A DNA stretch of 62,456 bases, counting the filler, from Rhabdomonas costata (lineage: Eukaryota): NCBI GenBank assembly GCA_019059605.1. It is 39 parts of 39 records of this genome, joined end to end, with 100 filler letters (N's around TTAATTAATTAA, not from the genome) between each part and the next. Parts side by side here need not be neighbours in the genome. Positions count along the whole stretch, not along the records: positions 35,302 to 36,805 come from JAHMHO010014314.1; positions 36,906 to 38,409 come from JAHMHO010014315.1; positions 38,510 to 40,013 come from JAHMHO010014316.1; positions 40,114 to 41,617 come from JAHMHO010014317.1; positions 41,718 to 43,220 come from JAHMHO010014318.1; positions 43,321 to 44,824 come from JAHMHO010014319.1; positions 44,925 to 46,428 come from JAHMHO010014320.1; positions 46,529 to 48,031 come from JAHMHO010014321.1; 31 more parts are not named here. One strand, given 5' to 3'. Both the position numbers and the translations under genes were made by a program. The number at the start of each line of letters is the position of its first letter. Within the stretch, counting starts at the first letter, position 1. Shown here piece after piece: positions 35,488-49,109 of this stretch. The notes under the pieces are model-generated. The model searched no databases. It was not told the DNA's origin and saw nothing but the letters and a program-made list of their open reading frames with translations.

Positions 35488-37167
35488 GGCAGGAAACGAG
35501 GGGCTATATGGGTGTATTTGTTGTGAGCACAGGTTGGAAGTGATCAGCCCTGGGATTGGCTTAAGTATGAGGCCGCCGCTTGGGCGCCCGGAAACGGTCT
35601 TGCTGTTGGGTGAGAACTGTTTCGTGTCTGCAAATTTTGGGTTTATTGTCGTCTTGCTGTCGTCTTGGCTTATGCTCTATTCGGAGTCTTGCGTTCGCGT
35701 GCTCAGTCGTGTGCAACAACATGTTGGGCTGAGGCACAGCCCTTCTCTGCACCCCCCCCCCTCTCTTGTTGGCATCTGTGAAAAGAGGTGTTGTTAGCTT
35801 CAGAGCCTTGCCCGTGAAGCGACTCTGCCCTTTTCGCTACATTATTGTATTCTGGCCTTTTACCCTCTGCGAAATTCCTGAGGTGTAGTGTTGCTGACTT
35901 GCGGACGATTCCGTCGCACTCCGTGCCATTCGATGCTGCCGGTGCCTGCCGGTGCCTGCCGGTTTAAAATTTTGCACGTCCGCCATCGGCCCATCTTACT
36001 TACCGTCCACAGTGCCACAATGAAATCGTCACTCAAAAAGAGGTCAGCCGCCTGCAACGGCTCCCCGGCGCTGGCCTCTGCAACCTGAGGCTGTTCTGAT
36101 CGTCCCCCAAAAGCCTGGCAAAAAAGAAACAGCCCACCTAATGGAAAACAGTCGGTGAGTGATCCTTATCGGACGCCGACCATGCCAACCTTGTAGGACG
36201 ACATGTGCTTCATGGAAATATCCCAGTCGATATATTTGGATTAGTTCAACCTCATAAGGTAAGTTACACCCGGAAACTCAGAAAATGGTATGTGACTGTT
36301 TTCCATTCGAAGTCTTTTCAGCCTAATACCGCTGTCTGGACATGTTATGTGATGGACCCCAAAAGTTTTGTTGGTGGTGAACCTAAAAAGGCAGCTAGAT
36401 ATGGGATGCTCCGAAGAGACTGGTGCGCCGAAGGCGCGATTTTTTTCGGGTGAATCCGAGATTGTGTTGATCTTTTGTGGCGAATTATGAATTCTGTAAC
36501 CGGCTGTTTGTTCAGAAGGTAGGTGAAGATAGGGTTTAAACACAAGCCATGTACATGGTGGTGGTTCTTTCGGTGTAACGTACTTGATTTTGGATTAGTA
36601 TCTCCTGACCCCAAGGACCGGCCACGCAGCGTTTCGGGAGGCCTGCTGTATATACAAAAGACCCCAGGCCTGCTTCGGCTTAGCCCTCTAATCGTAGCCT
36701 CGTGTTGTCTATAAAAAACATTGGATTAGTATTATATATTATTGGTATTCTCAGACCTGAAGGACAGGGCTCTACGTGCTCCACAAAAACAGGACAAACA
36801 CCAACNNNNNNNNNNNNNNNNNNNNNNNNNNNNNNNNNNNNNNNNNNNNTTAATTAATTAANNNNNNNNNNNNNNNNNNNNNNNNNNNNNNNNNNNNNNN
36901 NNNNNGGGGTTTTGGATGTAGTTTTCAAATTTCCACAATTGCCGAAACATCACCTCCGCAGTTACCTGCACGCCATATAGCGGCAAAAGTGGAAATTTGA
37001 AAACTACATCCAAAATTCCCAGGAAGCCCGAGACCCCTCATCACGAACAGCAGTGGAAAGTCGTGGCATAGACCCTCGAAAACATCCTCCTTTTTTTTTA
37101 ACTGATCCGCTTCACACTCTCCCTTTCCCTCCCCTCCCTTGTGTTGTTTTATGACTGTCAGCTAATT

Positions 37168-37620
37168 TCAGCCGCGCTTCCTGAATAGTTTCGACAGCGC
37201 ATTTTCCATCCTTCTGCTTCTCCGCTGAGTGGCAGTCACACCCTCGGCAGTGGGTGCAGAGCTGGGCCTCCTCCAGTCCTCATCCTCTCCCCCAGCGCGG
37301 GTTCTCTTGCACATCGTGTTCGCTCGAGCAAAGCGTCCCCGCACGGGGCTCCCTGCCCTGCGGGCCAGCCGCCGACCCGCCTTATCGTCCTCGTCGTCCT
37401 CGTCTTCATCCCCAGAACCGCTCGGGAGCCACCCAGCATTGGGTCCAAGCCGCCGCCGTGCCGCAGAGCTCCTCCGGGGTTCCACGGAGCGTGGCGTTGC
37501 CGCACGAAGGTTTTGCGGGTGCGATGGGGAAAGCGAGCCCGAGGGTGACGAGGTGGAGGAGGATGCGTCGGACATTACGTCCGTTTCACTCTCATCTGCC
37601 TCTGGGGAAGCCGACATCGA
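37168..37620 (-). CDS. Low-complexity Ser/Arg/acidic C-terminal coding segment, protein unidentified
   Basis: GC-rich open frame ending ...RMENALSKLFRKRG*. No recognisable domain, and the 5' boundary is uncertain. Confidence 0.45.
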   Translation of the reverse strand, partial: SMSASPEADESETDVMSDASSSTSSPSGSLSPSHPQNLRAATPRSVEPRRSSAARRRLGPNAGWLPSGSGDEDEDDEDDKAGRRLARRAGSPVRGRFARANTMCKRTRAGGEDEDWRRPSSAPTAEGVTATQRRSRRMENALSKLFRKRG

Positions 37621-38521
37621 AATCGATCGAAATAAAAACAAGAGAAAGAGGACGACAGCTACCGACGGGTAATGTGAGGGGAACTTGGTGGGGGTGAGGT
37701 TTTCAGTGGCTAACTCAGAAAAATGCCGACAGTTTGCCACAATTCCTGTTAGCAGGCTTCATATTTCGGCGGCACTTTCCCCCTTTTTCCCGTCTCTGGA
37801 AGATCAAAGCAAAGCTTTGAACAAAAAAAGAGAGCAGTGGCAGACACCAAACAGCCCCCCTCTACCGCCTCCGCTTAGGGCTCTTAAGTATTCTTCGCAC
37901 TGTAACTTTTTTGCCCCTTTTTTCTCAGGGAAGGACACTGCCAGGTCAACCAGTCCAGGTGCAGAGAAAAGTACTTGCGCTCATCTACAGAAGTTAGTTC
38001 ATCAATCAGATGCGCGCAACCCACCTTCCTTCCGTAACTGAACCGGGCCAAACTCACACAACGCATTCGTTATCGCCCGAGTACACCAGGGAGAGAACAC
38101 ATGGCAGATCAGTAAACCAGCTGGTACAGTACATTCCAACCTTCCCGCAAGATATCGATAAGTAAAAAGGAGAGCTGTAAATGAAGTCACACCTCGCATC
38201 ATCCGAAAAATGAGCCTCAGGTAGAATAGTTGTGATGAGAAGGGGAGCGGGGGGGGGGGTTGCTGAAACTTAGCTGAAAACTGGCCCGGCGCCAAACAAG
38301 GTCAGACCATGGATCATAACTGCGACGCAGTAGACCTGCGCAGTGCGTGAGGCCACTGTGTCGAAGCGAAGGAAATGGGCCGCCACCCAAGTGAAGTAGT
38401 AGTGGTGCANNNNNNNNNNNNNNNNNNNNNNNNNNNNNNNNNNNNNNNNNNNNTTAATTAATTAANNNNNNNNNNNNNNNNNNNNNNNNNNNNNNNNNNN
38501 NNNNNNNNNTGTGGGTGGGGA

Positions 38522-38851
38522 ACCCTCCTCCGAGGAGCTTGCCGAGGCCAGCAGATGCTCGGCCCGCCCCCGTTTGCGGGTTAAGCCTTGCTCCTGCTCC
38601 TGCCGTGCACGGCGGCGGTTCCGGAGCTCAATCTCGCGCTCGGCGGCCTGACGGGCGTCCACGGATAGGGCCTCGGCCTCCTCATCATCGATCCCACTGG
38701 CGGAGTAGCGGTCCAGCTCGGGCTGGGGCCTGTAGTCCCGGTACATGTTGTCTCCCAGGAGGTCCTCGCCGTCCTCGGGCTCGGATTCCCCGTCCTCGTC
38801 ATCACCGTCCAATAGGCCCTCTTCATCTTCCTCCTCACGACGGCCAGCCAT
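38522..38851 (-). CDS. MCM2: DNA replication licensing factor MCM2, N-terminal exon
   Basis: ATG, an acidic tract, then [41 protein letters not shown], the MCM2_N histone-binding motif. Confidence 0.95.
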
Positions 38852-41800
38852 GTGGGGAATTCAACAGCCCCCTCCCTACCACTTTGAAAGGCTGGCCGCC
38901 CGAAACCACCAATGGAAGTAACTGAATCAAAAACCAAACCGCGATCGTCTCCGGGACAACAGAAAGTCCATGGTTTTGCAACGAAACAAGGAGGGGTGAA
39001 AGGGTGAGAGGGGTTCAGGGCAAGGACGGATTTCACCAATAATTCATATTTTGGCGGTTCAGCCCGACCCCTGAATAACGTCGATCACTTCGAGTATGGT
39101 TTGAATGTAAACTGAGCAGTGACTCTCCGTCAACAAATGCAAGCTCACTGAACCCTGTCTGCACTTCCAGCAAGCAAGATCCCATTCAAATTCCTTTTTC
39201 ACCTGCACCAGAGCACAGGCGACACTGAAAATCCGCAGGAGTAGGTGGGAGTACAACAGTTTTGTACAGTGGATCAGGGAAAGGGACGATTTGGGAATTC
39301 GGCAGAAACCCCAAACCCGTGAGCCCGACCCCGCAGGCAGACAAAAACAAACAAAACAACAGGGGGCCAGCAGGCGAGAGAAAAAGCATTGGGGTGTCGG
39401 AGAGAGCTTCTGTATCGCAAATTCCCCGACGACTCGACTGTACCTCAGAGAGATCGAACTGAAACAGCCAGAATGGATCGATAATGTATATTGACAGAGC
39501 GCGGCAACAAGCCTTTGGCCGAACACCAGCAGACACTTCCCATCGACCGGGTATAAGGAGCCTGTGATAAGAGAACAAAGATATAGGAAGATGATAAGCG
39601 AAAACAGAACGAAGAGCAACACTTTCACTGTCGCAGAAGGGGATTTAAGCCTTTCTTGCGAAGCTGAAAGGCGATAAAACCACAAAGACATCATGAGCGA
39701 ATGCACGTGAGCAGCTTTAATACATGTGCTGCCGGGAGCATCCGTGCACGCCGGGAGAATTAATCCTGGTAAACGAACCTTAATTCCTTTGAACGCGTCT
39801 TTCGAAAGCGTCGTGGGGGGGGGGGGTAGCGACTGTCGACTGTTCCCTTTCCTTCCCAAAAGCAGATTAATGGGAGGCTCGCGCTCTACCAGCTATGTAA
39901 TCACCCTCTGCACCCCTGCACCCGTTCTTCTCTTCTTTCTGTATTTTATTAGGTGTGCTCGTGCAAGGGGACTTTCTCCTTCACCTGGTCACAACAAAAA
40001 TAAACAAAAACAANNNNNNNNNNNNNNNNNNNNNNNNNNNNNNNNNNNNNNNNNNNNTTAATTAATTAANNNNNNNNNNNNNNNNNNNNNNNNNNNNNNN
40101 NNNNNNNNNNNNNGTGAGATGAAAAGTCCACGAGTTAATAAAGTAGCGGTGCATTTGGATAAATTAGGGGATGATTCACGGAATATATGGGAGCAGTTGA
40201 AAGTTGAGGACAAAGACAAAGCAAGAGCAAGAACACCTGACAGAGGCAAGTCTGGTAAAAGCAAATCCCGAATATATGACACCCCGTTGTGCATAAAAGC
40301 AAAGCGAGAGAAAGAAAGTGGAGAGAACTCGAAACCTGAGAAATACAGAATGGTAATACTCCCAAGCTATGCAGTGAGAAAAATGACTTGGAAGGAAAGT
40401 GGAAAAGACAAAAAAGCAGGAAAGCACGGCAAGCAAAAGGCACAATAGAAATGAGATCAGCCAACAATAAGAGAGGATAAGACAAAAAACAAACCATAGA
40501 TATAAGAAGAGAGAAGCTCAAGTATACGGGAAAGGCTTGATGCAAGACAGTTGATAAACATAAGACCAAGCTAAACGAGGATTGTGAAATAGATGGTGGA
40601 GATAAAGGCTTACTGGTATAAAAAAAACACTCAATGCACATGTGCATTTGAGTTTGTTGAGTTTTTGTCCAGCAATAATAGGCGCCAATTTTAAGAGATT
40701 ATGATAGAGATCACAAAAAATGTTTGAAAACCTGCGTCTGAAGTCGCATAATTTTGTTTGAGTTTTGTTTTGGTATTCTTTTGTTTTGTGGTGCTTTTTA
40801 TTTGATAATTGAAAGCTGTTTATCATGTTTACATGTCACAGCTAAAACTTTCATCGTAGCAAAGCTAAAAGCGAGGTATATGCGAGTCAGTGCAAAGGAT
40901 GTTGAGAGCTGAACCTTCTCAATTTCCCATGTGCTTTGATTTGGTGCAGTTACATTCTTGCTTGCCTTGTTTTTGGTGTGACGGGCGTAAGAGGACGGAT
41001 GGGTAGAGGCAAGAACTCCAGTACCCCACCTCTTAGCGGAAACATCTAAAGCAAAGCCCTTTGAAACGAGCAGTCGGCAAGAGAAGTCCAGCTAAACCAC
41101 CTATTTTTCCCAAGACCCCGTCACCTAATCAGCTAAAGAGCCCTCCACAAGATAGAGCAAGCAATCGCGGAGCCGTAGAGCACGACGCCACACACACCTA
41201 AGCCAGAAACCAAATATATATCCCACGCGGCGGCGACAGACCGCAGCTAACGAAAACAGGAAGCCATACAGGGATCGGGATAAACTCAGCCTCTTAATGG
41301 GTGTTTTCACGCAGGCAAAACCGCGGCAGCGCCTACTTGGTGAAAGCAGCGTCGTGAAACGGGCTGTCAGAATCGGAGCCCAGATCAACGACAACCAGAA
41401 AGAGGTAGAAGGCAAGCAAGAGGCTCTTCGGATAGACGGTGTGTAACAGAACGTCATTACGTTGTAGCCTCTTTACAGTTGCAATGAGTTATTTGCATGG
41501 GTTCTTCCTCAAATTGGCATCTTTGCCAAACTATTAGTAGAAACTTTTCAAACTTATAGTTTGCTTAGCCCCCGTCACAAAAACTGTGGAAAACGGCACC
41601 GGCACCCCCCCCCCCACNNNNNNNNNNNNNNNNNNNNNNNNNNNNNNNNNNNNNNNNNNNNTTAATTAATTAANNNNNNNNNNNNNNNNNNNNNNNNNNN
41701 NNNNNNNNNNNNNNNNNTTTTGTTTTGAAGAATCCCCTGGCCTCAAGAAGTATTGCACTCAAGCAAAATCCGTGATCATTGATCGACTCAGATGAGAGAG

Positions 41801-43699
41801 ATGCTTTGAACAGACCCCACAAGACTCTGTTCTGGTGGTTACTGCAAGGTACCCGTCGGTTTCTCTCTCTTCCCCAGCGTAATGTTTTGTTGGGTTGCTT
41901 AAACTGTCGTGACCATGCCCATTACAGAGTTTGTCAGTGGTCAGTGGTATCTGTGGACTGGAGGAGGTCAGAGACCTCCGTCTTGGAGCACAGATGGAAG
42001 AATGGACTTTCTTTTGGATGGCAAGCCTCACCAGGTACAGAAGGGTCACGGCAGCAGTGCATCCTTCGTCGACTCACCGTACTCGCTGTCCTTTTCGGCC
42101 GATCTGCTGGGCAAATTTGAGCTGGTCATCCTTCAGCAGGTTTCGGTGCTAAGTGAATATGCTTTTGAATGCAACGCGATGAGAAGGCAACAGTTTCGCC
42201 GCGATCCAGGAGTTGTGGGTGTGAATAGTGTCCGTTTACTGCAATTAATAACTGTATGAATCCTAATCGCCCCATAAGACTGCACGGGCTACCTCCATCC
42301 TAAGAATGTGGGAACGTGCCGCCTCTGTCCGCTTGACAGTTCTTCGCTGGATGACATCCGCCATGGTCACTCTCGGACCGGATCAGTCCGGAGGGCGGCT
42401 GACGAGGCTAGATAGGCCCACCTGGTAGAACCCCCAGAACAGCGATAAATTGGCCAACGTATGACATCCTCGCAAAGAGTTTAGTTGGTGATTTCGCCCT
42501 GCGGAGATAATATCAATATCGATCATATTGATTTCATATTGATTTCGACTGATGTTGCGATTTTGCTATTTTTCCAATCCCCCTCCTCTTTTATTTGTGC
42601 AAACTTCACTTTGTGCCTTACTTTGGACACTGGTCTGTTATTTTTCTCCTCCGTTTCCTTTCCGAAACGGGTTGGAAAGGTCATTTACCCTCAATGACCC
42701 CCTTTCACACACATCCACACAGAGAGAGAGCACTCGCTTGGCTTTGGACACATTGCAACGTGTTGCACATTCACATGACAAGTTTTCGTTTCATCGAAGG
42801 GTGAACTTTGATTTAGGAGGCTCAGGGCTGGGCATGCGCTGCCTGCACTCTGATGAACAGCTCTGCTCTGCGGTGCTGTGGGGCGTGCGGCCTTGCAAGA
42901 GGTCCGCGGCAAGCCACCCCCACAACGGTCGCCATGCCTTCTGTCAGCTCGGAAGATGGTGGCCCTCGCCTAAGTACAGCGGCCGAGGTTGCGCACATGA
43001 GTCGGTCCGGCGATCCCGGCCTAATTTTGCTGCTCCCTGCATGCACGAATGCACGTTGCGATTACTCCCTTCTACTGCAGGACATTCTCTCGCTGTTCTT
43101 CTTCTTGTTATAGGTGAGCAGGGCCTATCCAGGCGCCTTTTTGGGGTTTGTCTCGTGTCTTGAAAGCATCTTAAGGTGCCAACCGCATAGATATCTTCTG
43201 ATATTGCCACCACCGCAAAANNNNNNNNNNNNNNNNNNNNNNNNNNNNNNNNNNNNNNNNNNNNTTAATTAATTAANNNNNNNNNNNNNNNNNNNNNNNN
43301 NNNNNNNNNNNNNNNNNNNNGGTTTTGGGGCACCAGGGTGGTCAGGAAGATTTCAAGAATTCGTCCTGACTACCCTGGTGCCCCTGAACGCCAAGAAATA
43401 CGAGAATTACATACCGAGGTCCTTGATTACGTTCTTAAAATTTAAACATAAAAGGTCGCTTTTTGTTTGAATTTGTGTTGCTTTTTGCCTTTAATTGTGT
43501 TTTTGCAGAGGAGGTGCCGCAGAACCACAGAGAAACCGCATGCGAGAGCCGCGCAGACCCGAGGCACCAGCAGAGTGAGAGGGGTAGAAAAGGGTGTGGC
43601 GTTAGTGCGGTGAACACAGTACAGGGTGTGTGTGAGCGGTTGCGTGCCCCTTTCACAGCCTTCTTTTTGTGGGAGATTGGTGAAAGGCATAAGCGGCGA

Positions 43700-44800
43700 G
43701 ACCCGCCCAGCGAAACCCTTCCACAGCCCAGAAGGTGTGGGCGCCAAGGCCATACCGAGAGACCCCCCTGTGCCTAAAGCAGCCTTCACGAGCCACAAAA
43801 GCATCCTGAACCCCCCCTGGTCTGCCCAGATGTCGCCAGATTTACGCCAAAGCGGCTTGGTAAATCTAAAAGTGGTTGGCACCCCCGCCCACGTTTCATA
43901 AATGCGAAGCCCGCAGAAAGCACCAGAGCGACCCCTGGACGAACGGAAGAGACCTCCGCCCCGATCTAGGTGCCAAGACACCGGGGAAAGCCGAGGCAGC
44001 GCACCTTGTGCAAGCAAGGTCGGGATACAGTCCTGCTTAAGTGGGATCCAGCGGCAAGACCACGCAAAGAGGTTGGATCCACGTAAGAGTTTCCGCAGCA
44101 TAGTTGGAGTGTGACACCTGGTAGAAGAGGATTGTTTCCGACCCGCTTTTAGAGCAACGTGCGCGTAAAGGTCTACCAGGTTGACACCTGGTAACAGAGG
44201 AATAAGTCGAGAAAGGCACGAGGAGCGCAGGCTGTGTTGAAGTATCACTTTGGACACCTGGTCGCACCAAATTGAGCGCATTTGGAGCAGAGTCCGCGGA
44301 GAAATCAAGCGAGGAGTGATATAAGCGGTAGCAGAAGAAGATAGGCGAGCAATCCATCCACATAGTGCGGGCAGAGATTTGCGGTCAATCAATCCACACA
44401 GGGGATTATTAGGGGAAAGGAAAAGTGCGTCAGAGGGCTCAAGGGCAACGCCGAGGAAGCGAGGATACCCAAGCGACCTAACCGCAAAACATGTGGACGG
44501 AGGCACAGAATCCCCCCGAGTGGAGGTCTGCAAGAAGCAGCGCAATACCGAGGGGAGCTAAGTACCATTAAGTGGTAATCAGAGGAGGAAACGAGTCATT
44601 TCAGGAAATCCACCGCTTTCTAACCCAAGCGCAGCACCCACAACACCGATGGAGCAGAATTTTATTTCTCAAATGGTTTCATTCTTTCAGAGCATGGAGA
44701 AGCAACAGAGGGCAAATCAACATCTTACTCAGGAGTTGCTGCGCAGAGTGGTTGATGGTCCCACAGCAGAAAGTTCGCAGAGTGGATGAGGGGCGCCCGC
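43700..44800 (-). pseudogene. Probable decayed non-LTR retrotransposon pol segment
   Basis: A long open frame with YPRFLGVAL (RT 'YLG'-like) followed by helical thumb-like sequence. No exon-like codon bias or splice structure. Confidence 0.3.
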
Positions 44801-45479
44801 ATCCACCCTGTACTGTGTTCACCGNNNNNNNNNNNNNNNNNNNNNNNNNNNNNNNNNNNNNNNNNNNNTTAATTAATTAANNNNNNNNNNNNNNNNNNNN
44901 NNNNNNNNNNNNNNNNNNNNNNNNTTTTTTGAACAGTGTCAGATGAAGGTATTAATCTTGGCCTTATATCTCAACCTGTCAAAAACCTGTCAACCTGTTC
45001 AAAAAAACATCCATCACAAGTCACAATCTGACCAATTTAGGAAGTAAAAAAGCCATGGAAAACGGCAAAAACGCTCCTTCCATTGCCAAACGACCGCGCG
45101 TTCTCATAAGGGCGCGCAGTTCAGGCATTTTGCACTTCGAGTTCGCGAACCGGCTCCCTCATTTAACTAATCGCCTCTGGTTACTGGCTCTCCGTACCGG
45201 CGCGGTGGTTCGGACTGGGTTGTTTGGCACGACAGCGTTTGAAGGAAGTGAGTATCATTCCATGGGGCTCCAGCGTCTTCCTTCCCAATTTCCCCCTCAT
45301 TTGCGTATTCTTTTTATCTTCCTGCTCGGTTGTAGAAAGCCCCGATCTGAAACGTAGTCCACCGGCGGGCCAACTTTCAGCCACAGGAAGATACCCAGCA
45401 GCTGCCCTCTTGTTGCCGCTGTTCTCTTTCGGCCGCCGTTCCGATTGTGTCTGTCTTGTGTCTGAGTGGTCCGAGGACC

Positions 45480-45880
45480 GGGCGCGTGGGCGCCGGGTCC
45501 TGGCTCCTGGTTTTCGCCGGCCTCCGGTATGACGCCCGTGCCGAGCAGCCCCGCATATTTCCTTGCGGAGCGTGGTCCGTAACAAGCCGTAGCTTCACTT
45601 TCAGAGCTCCCACAAGAGTGCTTCATTGTCCCATGGTCCCAACCATGGCCGAACTCACTCGTTGCATTGTTTCGCGAACCGGCCTAGTTCCGGCCATCGG
45701 TGGTGCACATTTCCCTCCTTGAGTCGAACCAGGGCTGGTGACATTGTGGTGCCCGTAGTCCCCGGTGGCGTCGGTCTTCTTAGACATGTGATACGCCAAT
45801 GAGAAGCCCAGGCGAAAGCCAAAGGGCCCATGGCAGTTCCATTGGTCCCGGCTGCCTCCACAGTGATTACGACGACGGCT
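45480..45880 (+). pseudogene. Possible decayed tyrosine recombinase
   Basis: WLLVFAGLRYD is box I-like. Further on, across frameshifts, H..AR..GG and KGPW are box II-like. Weak. Confidence 0.25.
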
Positions 45881-47199
45881 CCAGAAGGAAGATCCTAACA
45901 ACGAATCCCAAGAATCCAGAAGACGAATACCCCGGAAGCAGTACAAGACATAAGCAGCAGAAAAAGATTACGAACCACCCACAAAGGTTGGAAGGTTGTG
46001 TGTTGCTCCTTGTTGCCTGACCCCATTGCTGTGAAGGTTGTGGTAGAGAGTCTTTTGTTGATCACGAGGAAAAGTGATCGAAGAGTAGTTTGTTATTTTT
46101 TGCTTCGGCTTTCTAGTTATGTGTGTGCAAGTGTTGATATCTCAATTTTATAACTTAATGGTTTGGGAATTCTTTTTTACATCACCCCCGATGTCACAAT
46201 TTGTCACATCTTGTAGCACTTTGCGGTTGTGCGATTGGGTTTTCCCCAATTCCAAGGCAAGGCGTCGTTCTCCAAGTCGCGAAATTGTATGAAGCCACGG
46301 TTTTAGCCTATGCAAGGCTCAGCTCGCTCCATGGTTGAACCGAGATTGCCGGAGAATATTCGTTCTCCAACACTCTGGAGGTCTGACCAGTTTTGTTGAA
46401 ATAACCACCATCACCAGTGGTGGTAATTNNNNNNNNNNNNNNNNNNNNNNNNNNNNNNNNNNNNNNNNNNNNTTAATTAATTAANNNNNNNNNNNNNNNN
46501 NNNNNNNNNNNNNNNNNNNNNNNNNNNNGTGGGTGTGTTTGGGGTGTGAAGGGGGATACAAGAGACAATACTTAACGAACTGGACAGAGAAATCGGAGTT
46601 TGCGAAGAAGGGCACATCGAGCAGTGTGTGGGAAGCAGGAGCGCAACAGAAAAGGGTAGCGGAGAAGAAGGATGGCGGGAGTGCCGGAGAATGGAGAGGA
46701 GAAAAACATAACAATTGTGCGGAGGCGCACGGCTGCGAAATCACGCAAGCAGGAAGAAAGTGGGCGGCACAAGAAGCAGATTTACACGGGAGAAGGATGG
46801 AAGACACAAACGGAAAGAAAAGCGTTCAAACATGGGGATGAAGAGAAGAAGGGTCATTTGTACCGTGCGTTGAGCTTGCTGGTGGTAGAGCGGCATGGTG
46901 TCAGTGAGGGGAAAGGAGCGAAAGAAGGTGAGGTGGACGGTACGCTGTACATGTAGATCTACGCACGGGGAAGGGCGGGGAGGCGCGTTTTAGCTCAAGA
47001 GCCGTATGCCGGGCGTACCGACAAAGCGCCGCGGAGCACAGCACGTGGCCATCGTGTGTCTCGAAGGGAACACGGGGACCCCGAGCCTGCGTTGGCATAG
47101 CAGCTGGAAGTCGGTGGGGACAAAGAGGCCGTGGGGGCGCGCTCATCCACGCGAATGCGTGGGGTTGTGTCTGGCACTGCCGCCGAAACCTTCAGGAGG

Positions 47200-47535
47200 G
47201 GGGCTGGCGTCTCCCAGAGGGTGAGGTGGTGCTGGGACGCAAGACTGCTTCAGGGTGATTGAAGCAACGGAGCCCGTTCCATGGGTCCGAGGGGAGGAAG
47301 GGGGCCCGCTGACAGCCACTCGCGGGGTCTCCCAGGAGTCTCTGACCAACGTCTGGAAGTGTCGTGCTGAGCGTCGTGCTGCTCCAAAGCCACAAGGAGA
47401 AGTGAGTGCGCGGTCCCACCCGACTGCTGATGCCTCGTAAGCAAAACACAAAGCCCCGGAGAATAAGGCTACGGGTCCCACGGTAACAGGATGAATAAGG
47501 TCGAGCCCGCCGCAGGAAAGGGGGATACAGGTTTC
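47200..47535 (-). pseudogene. Non-LTR retrotransposon fragment (post-RT GGLG region)
   Basis: CIPLSCGGLDLIHPVTVGPVALFSG resembles the 'LP...GGLGL..p....A..as' motif found after RT in early-branching LINEs. Confidence 0.4.
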
Positions 47536-47837
47536 TTTTAACTGACGACGTCCCCTTTTGCTCTCTTGTTTTCGTTTGCGCGCGCGTTTGAGTGGAACCC
47601 CGAGAGTACCCACCACTAAAAATGAGAACCCTTAGGGAAAAGCGAAGCATCCGCCCAAACCCCCACTTTGCCCAATTGAGTGTGAGGCTGTGCTGCTCAA
47701 AAAGGGGAAGGAGGGTAGCACGTGCTTGAGAGAGTTGTGCCCTAATCCCTAGACCTCCAAAATAGAATTGCGGTGATAATGATCCCTTTCATTTTGCTTT
47801 TCCGTCGCTGGACCAGAATGTGGCATCTCGACTCCAG

Positions 47838-47953
47838 GACTGGTGTACAAGGTCGACAACGCGCAGATTCTCCAGAGCAGTCTCAACAGTGTCACGGATT
47901 ACGCCGACATCCAGAACTCGAACTCGAAGGAGTCCTCCTCGATGGAGCTCCTG
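47838..47953 (+). CDS. Probable internal exon, protein unidentified
   Basis: ctccag|..LVYKVDNAQILQSSLNSVTDYADIQNSNSKESSSMELL|gtgggt, with strong GC3 bias. Confidence 0.55.
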
Positions 47954-48152
47954 GTGGGTCTTCCCTACCCCTCCAACACAACCGCCACCCCCACAGCGGT
48001 ACAGTACCCACCCACCCAAACACACACACACNNNNNNNNNNNNNNNNNNNNNNNNNNNNNNNNNNNNNNNNNNNNTTAATTAATTAANNNNNNNNNNNNN
48101 NNNNNNNNNNNNNNNNNNNNNNNNNNNNNNNGTGGGTGTTTTTCTCCCGCAG

Positions 48153-49109
48153 CTTGGGGAGCGCGCGGTTTCTGGGGAAGCCAAGCTTCCGTTTTGCACG
48201 AACATCACCGTGGGACCGTCGAGGCTTCCCCCGCGCAAGTTCTGCAGCATTTGTGGGTCTGATGTCTTCTTCAGTTCTCATCTTTTCAATTCAATGCCTC
48301 CAGAATGCAATCATTTGCTTCGTCTATGAGTTTTCCTGGGTCTGTTTTGAATCCTTTTCCGTGTGCATCTGCGCATTCTCTTTTTCTTTGCTGAAGCGGA
48401 AGCAGAATTGAAAAGTTGGCCCGTTTTTTTTCCACTGCTTTTGCTGAAGAAATCTGCGCGTACAAGAGGTCTTGGTTAAGGTCCTGGGTTGCCAGCAAGA
48501 CTACTCACCTCAATCTAGCGTAGACCTGGAATGAGTGGAAAGGAGTGGAGAGATATGAACCTGCGCTTTATTCTGGCTAACGCACACACTGATAAATAAC
48601 TCTTTCTTCTGCCTCCCTCCCTGCTTACCTTCTCTCATTTTAATTTTTCTTTCCCCGTGTATTCATAACATTCATGTTATGTTATGAATAAAGCACATTA
48701 ATAATTTTAAAACAAGCATTAATAATTTTTCCATTAAACTGTTCTTCAAAATGAGGGCGCGTTAAACCAAACCACAGGGCATACCCGCAAAAACGGGGCG
48801 CCAGTGTCCAGTTGATGAGCAAGTAAGCACAGACAACAAGAAACATCAACCAACCGGCCACGTAGTGGTGAAGAGGAGGAAACTCGTGTGGCGCGCAGAA
48901 CGGTGCTTTGTGTAAATGTTGTTGTCCCGATACCGTTTCTTGGTTCTTTTGGCAGACGCACGCGCGCACGATACAGTCCCCCCACCAATCCATCCTCTCT
49001 TGAAAGGTTTTTCGGCCCCTACACCTGCACAAAGTGTGGGAGTCGTTTCTGCTGCCTGCGGTGCAAGGCGATCCACGACGAGCAGCGTTGCATGAAGTGC
49101 AAAGTTTGA
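48153..49109 (+). CDS. ZNHIT1: Zinc finger HIT protein of the SWR1/SRCAP complex (Vps71/SWC6), last 2 exons (48153-48256, 49007-49109)
   Basis: VGPSRLPPRKFCSICG|FFGPYTCTKCGSRFCCLRCKAIHDEQRCMK*. A phase-2 GT-AG intron reconstitutes the zf-HIT domain. Confidence 0.92.

Noticed and set aside
46700..46840. Tyrosine recombinase box II-like RRRTAA...GW...AF
   Set aside because: It needs a frameshift, lacks the catalytic Tyr, and lies in purine-rich low-complexity sequence; too weak to call.
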